Assembly (NCBI GenBank): GCA_048270185.1
Contig: JBLWTJ010000001.1
Span: 128,001-192,000 of the forward strand
Length of the DNA stretch: 64,000 nucleotides
Reading direction: 5' to 3'
Origin: Bacteriovoracaceae bacterium
GTDB lineage: Bacteria > Bdellovibrionota > Bacteriovoracia > Bacteriovoracales > Bacteriovoracaceae
The notes beneath the pieces are model-generated. The model did no database searches. It was not told where the DNA came from and saw only the letters and a list, made by a program, of their open reading frames with translations. The position numbers and the translations under genes are program-made. Position 1 is the first letter of the stretch. Every line of letters begins with the position of its first letter. Positions 8,751-18,715 of the stretch are shown piece after piece.

Positions 8751-10535
8751 ATGCAAAATGAGTTCATTGATGATCTGTTAAGTTATCCAAAAATCATTAA
8801 AAGAATTAATGATAGTGATAAACCTGAAGAGACGAAGAAGAAAGTCATCGCAAATTATCATGAAATGCGAGCAGACTATTCCGCTTCATACTTAAAATCA
8901 ATGAGTAAATTCTTTGATGCTACACTTCCTCGTCTATATGATGGAATTAGTTTTAAAGAAAATGGTGTAGACTTAAATGCACTGCTTGAAGAGGCAAGTG
9001 TTGTTCTTGTTCCAAATCACCAGTCTCACGCTGACTATATTGCAATCAATTATAAATTTTTTAAAGAATATAATCGTATGCTCTATGTGGCCGGTGGAGA
9101 TAATTTAAATATCTTTCCTATCGGTAAGCTCTTTAGAAAGTCAGGTTGCTTCTTCATTAGAAGAAGCTTTCAAAATGACATTCTTTATAAATTTACAATG
9201 GAAGCTTATCTCTTTGCTCTTTTGAAACGTAAGGAGCCAATTGAGTTCTTCTTTGAAGGGGGAAGAACTAGATCAGGGAAGCTGCGTCCACCTAAGTATG
9301 GACTTTATCAAATGCTTCTTGAAGCACACTCTCATTTGCCTAATGCAAAGGAAAGAGGACTTGCATTTGTTCCTGTTAGTATCGCTCACGAGTATGTGCC
9401 AGAACAGAAGGCCCTTGCAAAAGAGATGATGGGCGGTAAGAAAGTTAAGGAATCAACAGGCCAGCTCTTTGGACTTTTTAAGCTTATGGCCTATCAATTT
9501 GGTAAAATACATATCAATCTTGGCAAGCCTCAATATGCTTATAAGCTTGATAATGAAGATGAAAATAAAACTAATGTTCGTGACCTAGCTTTCAACTGTT
9601 TTAGAAGCGTTGGTGACCAAATGGTTCTGACACCAACGAATCTTCTTGTTCTTATATTATTAGATGAGCCAAGTGGTGCCCTTAAGTGGAATGATATCAT
9701 TCTTAAGGCCCAGGCAATTCTTGAATATTGTCGTTCATACGATATCCCATACACTGATGGGCTAAGTGATCGCCGTATGGAAGATTCAATTGGGCGTGCT
9801 ATGGATATTCTTATTGGAAATGATAAGGTTGAAGTAATCGGAAAGAGTGAAGGGACGTCTTTATTTTATTCAATTAAAAAGAATTGTCGTGGAGAGCTTC
9901 TATTCTTTAAGAATACAATTGTTCACCACTTTATTATTCCATGGACGATCTCTCTTGCGTGGTTCAATGTCTTTAGTGGTGAAATTGATAGTGTTGAAGG
10001 GCTTAAGGATTTCTTTGTTAAACAAAGAAATCTATTAAAGCATGAGTTCTATCTACCAACGGTTAAACAGTATTATTCGAAGACACTTAAAATTCTAAGT
10101 AGGGCCGTTGGACGTGAAATCTTAAGTCTTAAGGATGCAATTGAGTTTAGTAATAAAGATCTCTATGAAGTTGCATCAAAATTAAGTCTTTTTGCTCGCT
10201 CCCTTACTTATATACACGAAGCCTACTTTGTTTCAGCATTAACTCTTGAAAGTTTCCAAAAAGATGGTGTCGATCACTTTAAGTCAGCGGACTATATGAA
10301 GCGCTCCATTGAAGTCTTCAATGCTGAAATTCAATCACAGCGTATTATTCGATTTGCAGAAAGTCAGAATGTTGAGCTTATGAAGACGGCCTTAAAATAC
10401 TTCGAACAAGTAGGTGTTCTAGGTTATGAAGATAATGCTTACTTTGTTGCTGATACAACAAAGCTATCAGATTTCATTGAATCCACAGAGAAAACTCTCA
10501 AAGATCAACTGAAACTCAATTTTAAAGTGGTATAG
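8751..10535 (+). CDS. plsB: Glycerol-3-phosphate acyltransferase, PlsB-like
   Basis: NHQSHAD (HX4D), GCFFIRRSF, FFEGGRTRSG and FVPVSI acyltransferase blocks. Confidence 0.82.
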   Translation: MQNEFIDDLLSYPKIIKRINDSDKPEETKKKVIANYHEMRADYSASYLKSMSKFFDATLPRLYDGISFKENGVDLNALLEEASVVLVPNHQSHADYIAINYKFFKEYNRMLYVAGGDNLNIFPIGKLFRKSGCFFIRRSFQNDILYKFTMEAYLFALLKRKEPIEFFFEGGRTRSGKLRPPKYGLYQMLLEAHSHLPNAKERGLAFVPVSIAHEYVPEQKALAKEMMGGKKVKESTGQLFGLFKLMAYQFGKIHINLGKPQYAYKLDNEDENKTNVRDLAFNCFRSVGDQMVLTPTNLLVLILLDEPSGALKWNDIILKAQAILEYCRSYDIPYTDGLSDRRMEDSIGRAMDILIGNDKVEVIGKSEGTSLFYSIKKNCRGELLFFKNTIVHHFIIPWTISLAWFNVFSGEIDSVEGLKDFFVKQRNLLKHEFYLPTVKQYYSKTLKILSRAVGREILSLKDAIEFSNKDLYEVASKLSLFARSLTYIHEAYFVSALTLESFQKDGVDHFKSADYMKRSIEVFNAEIQSQRIIRFAESQNVELMKTALKYFEQVGVLGYEDNAYFVADTTKLSDFIESTEKTLKDQLKLNFKVV

Positions 10536-10537
10536 CT

Positions 10538-11440
10538 TTGTTTCAGGAATTATCAAATAGAGAAAGGGCCATCAAGAAAGTATTAATCATAACTTTCTTC
10601 TTAAATATAATTGTGGCCCTCATTAAAATTATTGCGGGTTTTGAATTTAATTATATTTCACTTCGTTCTTCTGGAATTGAATCTCTTTTTGATGGCACAT
10701 CAAATATTTTAGGGATTATTGCCATTACACTGGCCTCTAAACCAAGTGATCATAGGCATAATTATGGACATCATAAATTTGAAAACCTCGGTGCCTTAGT
10801 CATTGCTTTCATGCTCTTTGGCTCGGCCATAAAGCTTGGGCTCGATTATCATGATATTATTTTTGGAGATGCTCCTCGCAAAGGTCAATTTGGTCTGATT
10901 CCTCTCTTATCAATTATTATTTCAATGATTATGAGCTATGGGGTTTCGACTTATGAAGCGGCCAAGGGGCGCGAATTAAACTCAAAGATTCTTCTTGCTG
11001 ATAGTAATCACACATTTGGGGACATGATCATTAGCTTTGGTGTTCTCTTATCTATCATTGCTTCTTACTTCCACGTCTACTTAATCGATTATGTTGTTGG
11101 TGGAATAATCATTCTCTATCTCGTTTATCTTGGTGTTCAAATTACTCTCGAGAATTTAAATGATCTTTTAGACGTTGCTCCTGTCATTAAGGATCGTTAT
11201 CTTAAAGAACTAGAAGGGATCGACTATGTTCGTGACGTGCATAATTTTCGAGCACGTGGAAATGCTACTTGGATGCAGGTTGATTTTCATCTCTTACTGG
11301 ATCCCAATTTATCTTTGGCACAGGCCCACGATACGGCCCATGAGGTTGAAGATCGCTTGCGGCACCTATTAAAAGACTATTGTCGTGATATTGATATTAT
11401 CATCCATATGGAACCTGATGATGAAGGTCACAAGGATTAA
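10538..11440 (+). CDS. Cation diffusion facilitator (FieF-like) transporter
   Basis: HNYGHHKFE, ADSNHTFGD, AHD, IHMEP motifs; about six TMs; TTG start. Confidence 0.88.
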   Translation: MFQELSNRERAIKKVLIITFFLNIIVALIKIIAGFEFNYISLRSSGIESLFDGTSNILGIIAITLASKPSDHRHNYGHHKFENLGALVIAFMLFGSAIKLGLDYHDIIFGDAPRKGQFGLIPLLSIIISMIMSYGVSTYEAAKGRELNSKILLADSNHTFGDMIISFGVLLSIIASYFHVYLIDYVVGGIIILYLVYLGVQITLENLNDLLDVAPVIKDRYLKELEGIDYVRDVHNFRARGNATWMQVDFHLLLDPNLSLAQAHDTAHEVEDRLRHLLKDYCRDIDIIIHMEPDDEGHKD

Positions 11441-11442
11441 CT

Positions 11443-11850
11443 ATGACGAATTATACAAGAGATATTGGAAATATACGTTTGGCCCAAGGTGAGTGGAAGT
11501 CCGATTTAGGTAATATATTTGCTGAGGCCGCAAAACTTATGAGTCATATTGTTGGTGGCCAACTCGTCCACTTCAAATATGATGAATTATATCTCTTTGT
11601 CGATGAAGCTTGCGAGCATTTTCGTGTTGGAATTCCTATGATTGGAAACCTCAGAGATAGTAAGCTTCATTCTCATGATTTAAGTGCAGGCAAGATCTCT
11701 GGATTTGAAATAGCTCTTGAAGAATTACAAACTTTAAAATTAATTAAGAATTTATATGAGAAATATGAGCTATCAAGCGACTATTTTCTAAGAATATCCG
11801 CAAATCAAGGGGAATATCAGGTATTTTTTGAGAAATATCTTATTCAATAA
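11443..11850 (+). CDS. Hypothetical protein
   Basis: 135 aa ORF starting 2 nt after the CDF stop, AAGGA RBS. Confidence 0.65.
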   Translation: MTNYTRDIGNIRLAQGEWKSDLGNIFAEAAKLMSHIVGGQLVHFKYDELYLFVDEACEHFRVGIPMIGNLRDSKLHSHDLSAGKISGFEIALEELQTLKLIKNLYEKYELSSDYFLRISANQGEYQVFFEKYLIQ

Positions 11851-11986
11851 TGTATACTGTGAGTATATTTTTTGTTATGTTTGCAAACATCATCGTAAAC
11901 CATTAAAATTATGGTAAATGATTTTGAGTAAACTATACCAACAAAGACCAAAGCGCTAATAATTGGTCTTTATCCGGAGGTGATTT

Positions 11987-12538
11987 ATTAGCAACAATTT
12001 TAAAGGTGGAAGGTCTAAAAAAGAAAGAGGACCTAGAATTAATGAGCAAATTAGAATTTCAGAATGTCGTTTACTAAGTGATGAGGAACAGTACGGTGTT
12101 GTATCAATTGATAGGGCCCGTGAAATTGCTGATGAGCTTGGTGTAGACTTAATTGAAATTGCTCCAACTGCTAAGCCACCAGTTGTTAAGCTAATGGATT
12201 ACGGTAAGTACAAATACGAACTTCAAAAGAAAGCCGCCGAGGCCAAGAAGAAGCAAGTAAAAGTTCAGCTAAAAGAAATTCAGCTAAGACCAAATATTGA
12301 GGCCCATGACTTAGATACTAAACTTAAGAGAGCTTATAAGTTTCTTGAGGGTGGCGATAAGGTTAAATTTGTTATGCAATTTCGTGGACGTGAAATGGCC
12401 TACAAAGATATGGGAAAAGAAAAATTTGAAGGTATCTTAAGTGGTGTTTGTGAGACAGCTGAAGCTGTGATCGAGTCACCAATTAAGATGATGGGTAACA
12501 GAATTATCACAATTGTGGCCCCTAGCAAGAAGAAATAA
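11987..12538 (+). CDS. infC: Translation initiation factor IF-3 (ATT start)
   Basis: Frame open upstream of track ORF 12194 with the IF3 N-domain (PRINEQIR..DLIEIAP..KPPVVKLMDYGKYKYE); GGAGGTG RBS then ATT 11987; in-frame TGA at 11981. Confidence 0.92.
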   Translation: MSNNFKGGRSKKERGPRINEQIRISECRLLSDEEQYGVVSIDRAREIADELGVDLIEIAPTAKPPVVKLMDYGKYKYELQKKAAEAKKKQVKVQLKEIQLRPNIEAHDLDTKLKRAYKFLEGGDKVKFVMQFRGREMAYKDMGKEKFEGILSGVCETAEAVIESPIKMMGNRIITIVAPSKKK

Positions 12539-12725
12539 AATTCTAAGTATATAAGTGCCTAATTTTACATTGGGCACTTTCTCTAAGTGCCTGATATATT
12601 TTCCATATTTGGGCGATTATCCTTTGCATTCCTAGACAAACCTTGTTAAAAATAACGACTATAGTTTTGTTGCGATTTGTTGAATTAGAAGCATGTGGCA
12701 ACACATGTAATTCAAGGAGTATTTA

Positions 12726-12923
12726 ATGCCAAAAATGAAAACTAGAAGAGCTGTTGCTAAAAGATTTAAGCCAGTAGGGAATGGTAAGTTCAAAAGAAAA
12801 AGAGCAAACCTAAGACACATTCTTGAAAAGAAGCCAACTGATGCGAAGAAAAGAGCAGGTAAAACTGACTACGTTCACGCTTCAGATGTTGCTCGTGTAA
12901 AGAGATGTCTACCTTACGCTTAA
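12726..12923 (+). CDS. rpmI: 50S ribosomal protein L35
   Basis: MPKMKT..AKRF...HILEKK; infC-rpmI-rplT order. Confidence 0.97.
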   Translation: MPKMKTRRAVAKRFKPVGNGKFKRKRANLRHILEKKPTDAKKRAGKTDYVHASDVARVKRCLPYA

Positions 12924-13066
12924 TTATTTAAGCGCAAGCGATTCAAAAAAGATTAAGTTGGTCGAAACTTTAAATCGGCAAACAATTGTTTTTTTAACCT
13001 GATTTTTGGGAAAGAACGAAAGAACCATTCACTTGGTCCCCAAACGTCAAAAAAATGGAGTAAATT

Positions 13067-13411
13067 ATGTCTAGAGTTAGAAGAGGTTTTAAAGCAAGAG
13101 CGAGAAGAAACAAAGTCTTAAAACTAGCAAAAGGGTTTCACTTTTCTAGAAGACAAAAGTACTATCACGCTTCTGAAACAGTAAAAAGAGCATTACACTA
13201 CAAATACATCGGTAGAAGACTTCTCAAAAGAGATATGAGAAGACTTTGGATCGTACGTATTTCTGCAGCTGCTAAGCTTCTAGGTACTTCTTATTCAAAG
13301 TTCATGGGACAACTTAAGAAGAACAATGTTGAAATCAACAGAAAGATGCTTTCAGAAATCGCTGCAAGAGATTTCGAAGGATTCAAAGCAATCTACAATT
13401 CAACAAAATAA
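13067..13411 (+). CDS. rplT: 50S ribosomal protein L20
   Basis: RVRRG..LKLAKGF..RRLWIVRISAA..NRKMLSEIA. Confidence 0.97.
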   Translation: MSRVRRGFKARARRNKVLKLAKGFHFSRRQKYYHASETVKRALHYKYIGRRLLKRDMRRLWIVRISAAAKLLGTSYSKFMGQLKKNNVEINRKMLSEIAARDFEGFKAIYNSTK

Positions 13412-13476
13412 TTAGAACGCAAGTTTTAACTAAGTAACTATTTAATTATTTAATAAAGCCAAAGCAAAACTATAAT

Positions 13477-13505
13477 AACGGGCCTCTTGAAAAAGAGGCT
13501 TCGTT
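13477..13505. terminator. Terminator hairpin between convergent rplT and yjbQ
   Basis: AACGGGCCTCTT-GAAA-AAGAGGCTTCGTT. Confidence 0.7.
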
Positions 13506-13514
13506 GTTTCTGGG

Positions 13515-13937
13515 CTATCCTTTTAGGAATTTAAGCTTAATCTTTCGTCTATTAGGGGCATCACGAAACTCACATAGATAAATTCCGCTCCATCTGCCAA
13601 TGTCGATTTCCCCGTCCTCAATTATAAAAGTGAGGCTTGATTGCATAAGGATTGATTTCATGTGAGAAGGCGAGTCATCAGGGCCTTCAGCAGTATGGGT
13701 GATAAAGTTTAGCTTGCGTGGAGCAAGGTGTTTAAGGAAGTTTTCCATATCGGCTTTTGCGCTTGGGTCAAAGGCTTCATTAACACATAACGCCGCGCTT
13801 GTGTGTTGAATTTGGCACACTAAGATACCATCTTCTTGGTTAGGGTTTAATTCTATCAGAGCATCCTTAATTTGCGAGGTAATATCGTAAAAGCGCTCAC
13901 CAGAAGTGTTTACTAATTCCGTTTTTATAGGCATCAT
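13515..13937 (-). CDS. yjbQ: YjbQ/UPF0047 family protein
   Basis: DIT, HTSAAL..NE..DP, EGPDDSPSHMKS, GRWSGIYLCEF motifs. Confidence 0.9.
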   Translation of the reverse strand: MMPIKTELVNTSGERFYDITSQIKDALIELNPNQEDGILVCQIQHTSAALCVNEAFDPSAKADMENFLKHLAPRKLNFITHTAEGPDDSPSHMKSILMQSSLTFIIEDGEIDIGRWSGIYLCEFRDAPNRRKIKLKFLKG

Positions 13938-13981
13938 TAACTCCTATTTATATTATTTCATAATCAATAACTAAGGTTATT

Positions 13982-14782
13982 ATGACATTATTTTCAACCC
14001 TGCTAAAGCAATTAAGTATTAAAGATTTCTTCGACGTCGGTATTGTTGCTTTTATGATTTACCAAGTCCTTAAAATTGTAAAAGGGACGAGATCCATTCA
14101 AGTTCTACTTGGGATGGTTTTTCTTGCGGCCCTCTATACTCTTGGGATCAACTATAATCTCTATACGGTCAATTGGATCCTTGAACACTTCTTTGATTAT
14201 ATTTTCATTATTTTCATCGTCATCTTTCAAGATCAATTACGTTCGGCACTTGCTACCGTTGGAACAGGAAGAAAGATGTTTACTTTCTTTGATCGCTCTC
14301 CAGTTAATTATGACTTAGAAGAAGTTATTAAAAGTGTGACGGCACTATCAAAAGAGAGAACGGGAGCTTTAATTGTTGTCGAAAGAAAGAATGGCCTGCA
14401 AAATTATATTGATACTGGAACTATAATCGATGCAAAGATTCATTCAGACTTAATTTACTCTCTCTTTCAAACTATTTCTCCTCTTCACGATGGTGCAATT
14501 ATTATAAGAGAAGATAAGTTACTAGCTGCCGGATGTTTCTTACCTCTATCGAAGAATATTGAAATTGATCGACATTTCGGTACACGCCATCGCGCGGCCC
14601 TTGGGATCTCTGAAGTGTCTGATGCCATTGTATTAATTGTAAGTGAAGAGACTGGTAAAATTAAACTATGTCTTAATGGAACTTTCTACTATGCTCATAA
14701 TGAAAATGAGTTACGTATGCTCTTAAAGAAGGCTTGGGCCGGTAAAAAGATCGATACTCAACTTCAAGGAATGGGGGCTTAA
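13982..14782 (+). CDS. cdaA: Diadenylate cyclase CdaA (c-di-AMP synthase)
   Basis: Three N-terminal TMs, SPLHDGA and GTRHRAALGISE motifs, VSEETG. Confidence 0.93.
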   Translation: MTLFSTLLKQLSIKDFFDVGIVAFMIYQVLKIVKGTRSIQVLLGMVFLAALYTLGINYNLYTVNWILEHFFDYIFIIFIVIFQDQLRSALATVGTGRKMFTFFDRSPVNYDLEEVIKSVTALSKERTGALIVVERKNGLQNYIDTGTIIDAKIHSDLIYSLFQTISPLHDGAIIIREDKLLAAGCFLPLSKNIEIDRHFGTRHRAALGISEVSDAIVLIVSEETGKIKLCLNGTFYYAHNENELRMLLKKAWAGKKIDTQLQGMGA

Positions 14783-14784
14783 GT

Positions 14785-15717
14785 ATGCTACGTAAGATCG
14801 AAAATAATCGGCTTTTTGAGTTTCTACAAAACCAGATTCTGTCTCTTTTAAGTATTGTTCTTGCTACATTTCTTTGGTTCTACGTTGTTAACTCTGAACC
14901 AATTACAACGGAGAGAATTTATACTCTGAACGTTCTTCCTGCAACAAGTGTTGATGTCACGTCGATGTCGGCAACCGAGATTCATGTCACATTAAAAGGG
15001 GCCCGTGCATTCTTAAAAGACTTCCATGGTGATGGCCATCTACAGTTACAAATAGATCTGAAAAAAATGAGTGTTAATAAAACGACCAAGCAGATTCGTT
15101 ATACAATTAAGGATAGTGATCTCATTGTTCCTTTCGGTGTCGAAATTGTCGATATCAAGCCAAAGCAAATCAATATCAATCTCGATAAGCTCATTTATAA
15201 GAATGTTCCTATCAAAACTAATTATATGAATAATCTTCCAGCTGATTTACAACTAATTTCTGCAGATATTGATCGTTCTAAGATAAAGATTGAAGGAGCT
15301 CGTGATCTTATGAGATCAGTGGGCCAAGTTAAGACTCGTCTAATTGAATTATCAGAGTTGTCTGGTCAAGGTGAAGTGACTGTCCAACTGGAAGAATTAC
15401 CGAGCTTTCTTCGCTATGGTGAAAGTGACTTAGTGACTTTCAAATACGACATTCGCCCTAAGAAAGCGAACTTGACTCTGAAGAATATTCCAATATTATT
15501 TGTCGCACCAAATATGAAATTTCGCTCGAAGGTAAGAAAAGTCTCTCTTGATGTTCTTACTACTGGACGCGATGATATTAAGGTAAGTGAAATTAAAGTG
15601 TATGCAGATATTCCGACAACAATGGGCAAGAGTGCAACTATTAAGTTAAGAGCAGAGCTTCCTAATGATGTCCATTTATTAAAAATACACCCAGAAACAA
15701 TTAAAGTGAGAAGATAG
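14785..15717 (+). CDS. cdaR: CdaR/YbbR-like regulator
   Basis: N-terminal TM ending LWFYV, repeated YbbR-like beta units; lies between cdaA and glmM. Confidence 0.85.
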   Translation: MLRKIENNRLFEFLQNQILSLLSIVLATFLWFYVVNSEPITTERIYTLNVLPATSVDVTSMSATEIHVTLKGARAFLKDFHGDGHLQLQIDLKKMSVNKTTKQIRYTIKDSDLIVPFGVEIVDIKPKQININLDKLIYKNVPIKTNYMNNLPADLQLISADIDRSKIKIEGARDLMRSVGQVKTRLIELSELSGQGEVTVQLEELPSFLRYGESDLVTFKYDIRPKKANLTLKNIPILFVAPNMKFRSKVRKVSLDVLTTGRDDIKVSEIKVYADIPTTMGKSATIKLRAELPNDVHLLKIHPETIKVRR

Positions 15718-17082
15718 ATGACTGAAAGAAAATTATTTGGAACAGATGGAATTCGCGGTAAGGCCAATATTTATCCAATGGTTCCTGAAATTGCGACAGC
15801 ACTTGGAAGGGCCGTTACTTTTTATTTCCAAAAGAAGAATAAGAATAAGAAAACACCTCTTATTATTGTTGGTAAAGATACAAGACTAAGTTGCTATATG
15901 ATTGAGCAAGCTTTCTCTGCTGGTGTTCTTTCTCAGGGTGGTCGAGTTATCTTTACAGGTCCACTTCCTACTCCTGGGATTGCATTTGTTACAACTTCAA
16001 TGAGAGCTGATGCTGGTGTTATGATTTCAGCTTCACATAATGATTTTGACGATAACGGAATCAAGCTCTTTGATGCTCATGGCTTTAAACTACCTGATGA
16101 AGTGGAGTTAGAGCTTGAAGAGTTAGTATTAAACCCAAAACTTATTCCACCAAAAGTTGGTGGAGATATTGGCCGTGCCAAACGACTAGAAGGTGTTGAT
16201 GGACGCTATGTTGTTCATGTTAAATCAGCAATTGATGAAGAATGTGATTTGACTGGAATGCGCGTTGTTGTGGACTGTGCAAATGGGGCCAGTTATAAAG
16301 TTGCCCCTCTTGTTATGAGTGAGCTTGGTGCAGAAGTTTTTCCAATTGGTGTAACTCCAAATGGTGAAAATATTAATTTAAATTGTGGTAGCCTCCATCC
16401 AAGTAAGGCCGCAAGTGAAGTTGTAAAGCTTCGTGCCGATATGGGATTCTGTCTTGATGGTGATGCTGATCGTATTCAAGTCATTGATAAGAATGGGACT
16501 CTAATTGATGGAGATCGTCTGATTGGAATTTTTGCAAAATTACTACTGGCCCAAGGTCACTTGAAAAAGGGTGATGCTGTTGTTGGAACTATCATGTCTA
16601 ACCTTGGTCTTGAAAACTATATCAAATCATTAGGTCTTGAATTTCACCGTACTAAAGTTGGTGATCGCTATATTATGGAGTTCATGAAGAGTGATAATGC
16701 TCTTCTTGGCGGTGAGCCTTCGGGGCACATTATCTTTCTTGATCATGCGACGACTGGGGATGGTACGCTTGCTGCTTTAAAAACGATTGAAGCAACTTAC
16801 TTCTTTAAGAAGTCGATTAATGAGCTTGCTTCTGAAGTAGAACTCTATCCACAAATTTTAAAAAATCTCTCTGTTTCACAAAAGAAGACAGTTGAAGAGA
16901 TGCCTGATTTTGCTTTAGAACTTAAGAAGTGTGAAGAAGAATTAGGTGATGAAGGGCGAGTTATTTTCCGATACTCAGGAACAGAGCCTTTAGCTCGTGT
17001 TATGGTTGAAGGGAAATCTGCCACTAAAATTGAAGAAGTATGTGATCGTCTAATCGCAGCTCTTAAAAAGGAAATTGCATAA
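15718..17082 (+). CDS. glmM: Phosphoglucosamine mutase
   Basis: FGTDGIRG, SASHN, DGDADR, VGDRY, GGEPSGH, RYSGTEP. Confidence 0.96.
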   Translation: MTERKLFGTDGIRGKANIYPMVPEIATALGRAVTFYFQKKNKNKKTPLIIVGKDTRLSCYMIEQAFSAGVLSQGGRVIFTGPLPTPGIAFVTTSMRADAGVMISASHNDFDDNGIKLFDAHGFKLPDEVELELEELVLNPKLIPPKVGGDIGRAKRLEGVDGRYVVHVKSAIDEECDLTGMRVVVDCANGASYKVAPLVMSELGAEVFPIGVTPNGENINLNCGSLHPSKAASEVVKLRADMGFCLDGDADRIQVIDKNGTLIDGDRLIGIFAKLLLAQGHLKKGDAVVGTIMSNLGLENYIKSLGLEFHRTKVGDRYIMEFMKSDNALLGGEPSGHIIFLDHATTGDGTLAALKTIEATYFFKKSINELASEVELYPQILKNLSVSQKKTVEEMPDFALELKKCEEELGDEGRVIFRYSGTEPLARVMVEGKSATKIEEVCDRLIAALKKEIA

Positions 17083-17846
17083 TGACTGAAAAAATAGTTG
17101 CTAGATTAGGCGTAAATATTGATCACGTTGCAACATTAAGACAACAAAGAGATGAAGGTTATCCTAGTGTTGCAAATGCGGCCCAAGACGTTTTAATGGC
17201 CGGTGCTGATCAGATTACAATTCATCTTCGTGAAGATCGCAGACATATTCAAGACACTGATCTAACAAGTGTTATGGCCGTAACAAAGAGATTTGAGAAG
17301 CCGTTAAATCTTGAGATTGGTTGTGCAAAAGAAATCGTAGAGATCGCAGCTGATTTTAAACCTGATTGGATTTGTCTCGTTCCTGAAAAGAGAGAAGAGA
17401 AGACAACAGAAGGTGGTTTAAGTGTTGAAGGAGATCATTTTAATAAATTAAAAGATACGATCAATTTTCTACGTGATAGAACACCTAAGACAAAGATTTC
17501 ACTCTTTGTTGAAGCTTCTGTTGAAGTAATGAAGGCCTGTGTTGAGTTAAAGGCAGATGCTGTTGAAATCCACACAGGAGCTTACGCAATTGACTTTCTT
17601 AAAGAAGGGGATATTGAGCCTCATCTTCAAAAATATTCTGAATGTTTTAACTTTCTAAAGGACAAGGGTGTTGCTTTCCATGCAGGACATGGACTGACGA
17701 TGGAGAGTGTAAAGCCTCTTCTCGAACAAGGCCTATTTGCTGAATATAATATTGGCCATTGGATTGTTTCTCAGGCCGTCTTTAGTGGTCTTTCTAATGT
17801 TACTAGCGATATGCTTAATTTGTTTAGAAACCATCCACTTAAGTAA
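17082..17846 (+). CDS. pdxJ: Pyridoxine 5'-phosphate synthase
   Basis: LGVNIDHVATLR, HLREDRRHIQ, LVPEKREEKTTEGG, HAGHGL, NIGH. Confidence 0.96.
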   Translation: MTEKIVARLGVNIDHVATLRQQRDEGYPSVANAAQDVLMAGADQITIHLREDRRHIQDTDLTSVMAVTKRFEKPLNLEIGCAKEIVEIAADFKPDWICLVPEKREEKTTEGGLSVEGDHFNKLKDTINFLRDRTPKTKISLFVEASVEVMKACVELKADAVEIHTGAYAIDFLKEGDIEPHLQKYSECFNFLKDKGVAFHAGHGLTMESVKPLLEQGLFAEYNIGHWIVSQAVFSGLSNVTSDMLNLFRNHPLK

Positions 17847-17924
17847 GGTATGGTTTGCCTTTTATTGCTTTAAGTTTCTTATCATGGAAAATGGATAAGT
17901 AAGTTTAAATTTAAGGAGAAGCAG

Positions 17925-18380
17925 TTGTTCGACTATCAAAATGTTAGGCACTGGAAAAAGGTCTATCAATCAGATATTTCTAATATCATTGTTGAATTAA
18001 AAGAATCACTCAAAGAACCTTCTGTTGTTATTTTAAATGGCCCTGTTGGTGCTGGTAAAACGACTTTTACAAATAGTTTTCTTGGTGAAGAACAAAGTGG
18101 CTCGCCAACTTATTCTCTTATTAATGACTGCGGTGAGATAGTGCATGCTGATTTCTACCGTCTTGAATCACCAGAAGAGATCATGCATTTAGAGCTTTCA
18201 ATGTATCTCGATGAGAAGAAGTACTTCTTAGTTGAATGGGGTAAGGATTATATAAAGCATATTTACCGCGAGCTTTCAGATGATTTTTCATACTTTCAAT
18301 TAGACATTGAAACAAATGATAAGAAAGATTGTGAAGATTCGGCCTCTCGTAATTACTTTTTGAAGCAAATTATTTTTTAA
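17925..18380 (+). CDS. tsaE: tRNA t6A biosynthesis ATPase TsaE
   Basis: GPVGAGKTTF Walker A, SPTY, HADFYRL, VEWG; AAGGAG RBS, TTG start. Confidence 0.92.
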   Translation: MFDYQNVRHWKKVYQSDISNIIVELKESLKEPSVVILNGPVGAGKTTFTNSFLGEEQSGSPTYSLINDCGEIVHADFYRLESPEEIMHLELSMYLDEKKYFLVEWGKDYIKHIYRELSDDFSYFQLDIETNDKKDCEDSASRNYFLKQIIF

Positions 18381-18530
18381 CATCTTCTAACAAGTGGGCA
18401 GAAATAACCGATTAACTCTGTTTGGCATAAGATGTCATTTACTCGGAAAATAATTCTAACCTTTTGTAATCATTGATCTTTTCTGTCGTTTTTTTTTCTC
18501 AATTAAAGAAATATTATTATTTTATAATAA

Positions 18531-18574
18531 TTGATTAAATCAAGTTGACTTTAAGTCTGATGGGCTGACATAAT
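18531..18574 (+). promoter_or_regulatory. sigma70-like promoter with overlapping palindromes upstream of the Rrf2 gene
   Basis: TTGACT (18545-50), 18 nt, CATAAT (18569-74); palindromes TTGATT-A-AATCAA and GACTT-T-AAGTC. Confidence 0.45.
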
Positions 18575-18715
18575 ATTTAGGAAGAAAGATTTAATTGATT
18601 AGATCTTTCATACAGAAAGGATAGCACGGAATGCGAGTCCTAATAGCACACATAAATTGCTTAAAAGTTTTAACTATTTTTTTTATTTAACATTTGGATT
18701 TATGGAGGAAGACCA

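Noticed and set aside
12194..12538. Truncated IF-3 as given in the ORF track
   Set aside because: Artefact of the ATT start at 11987; the N-domain is intact
18421..18440. TTGGCAT as a sigma54 -24 box
   Set aside because: No GC or TTG at the -12 position
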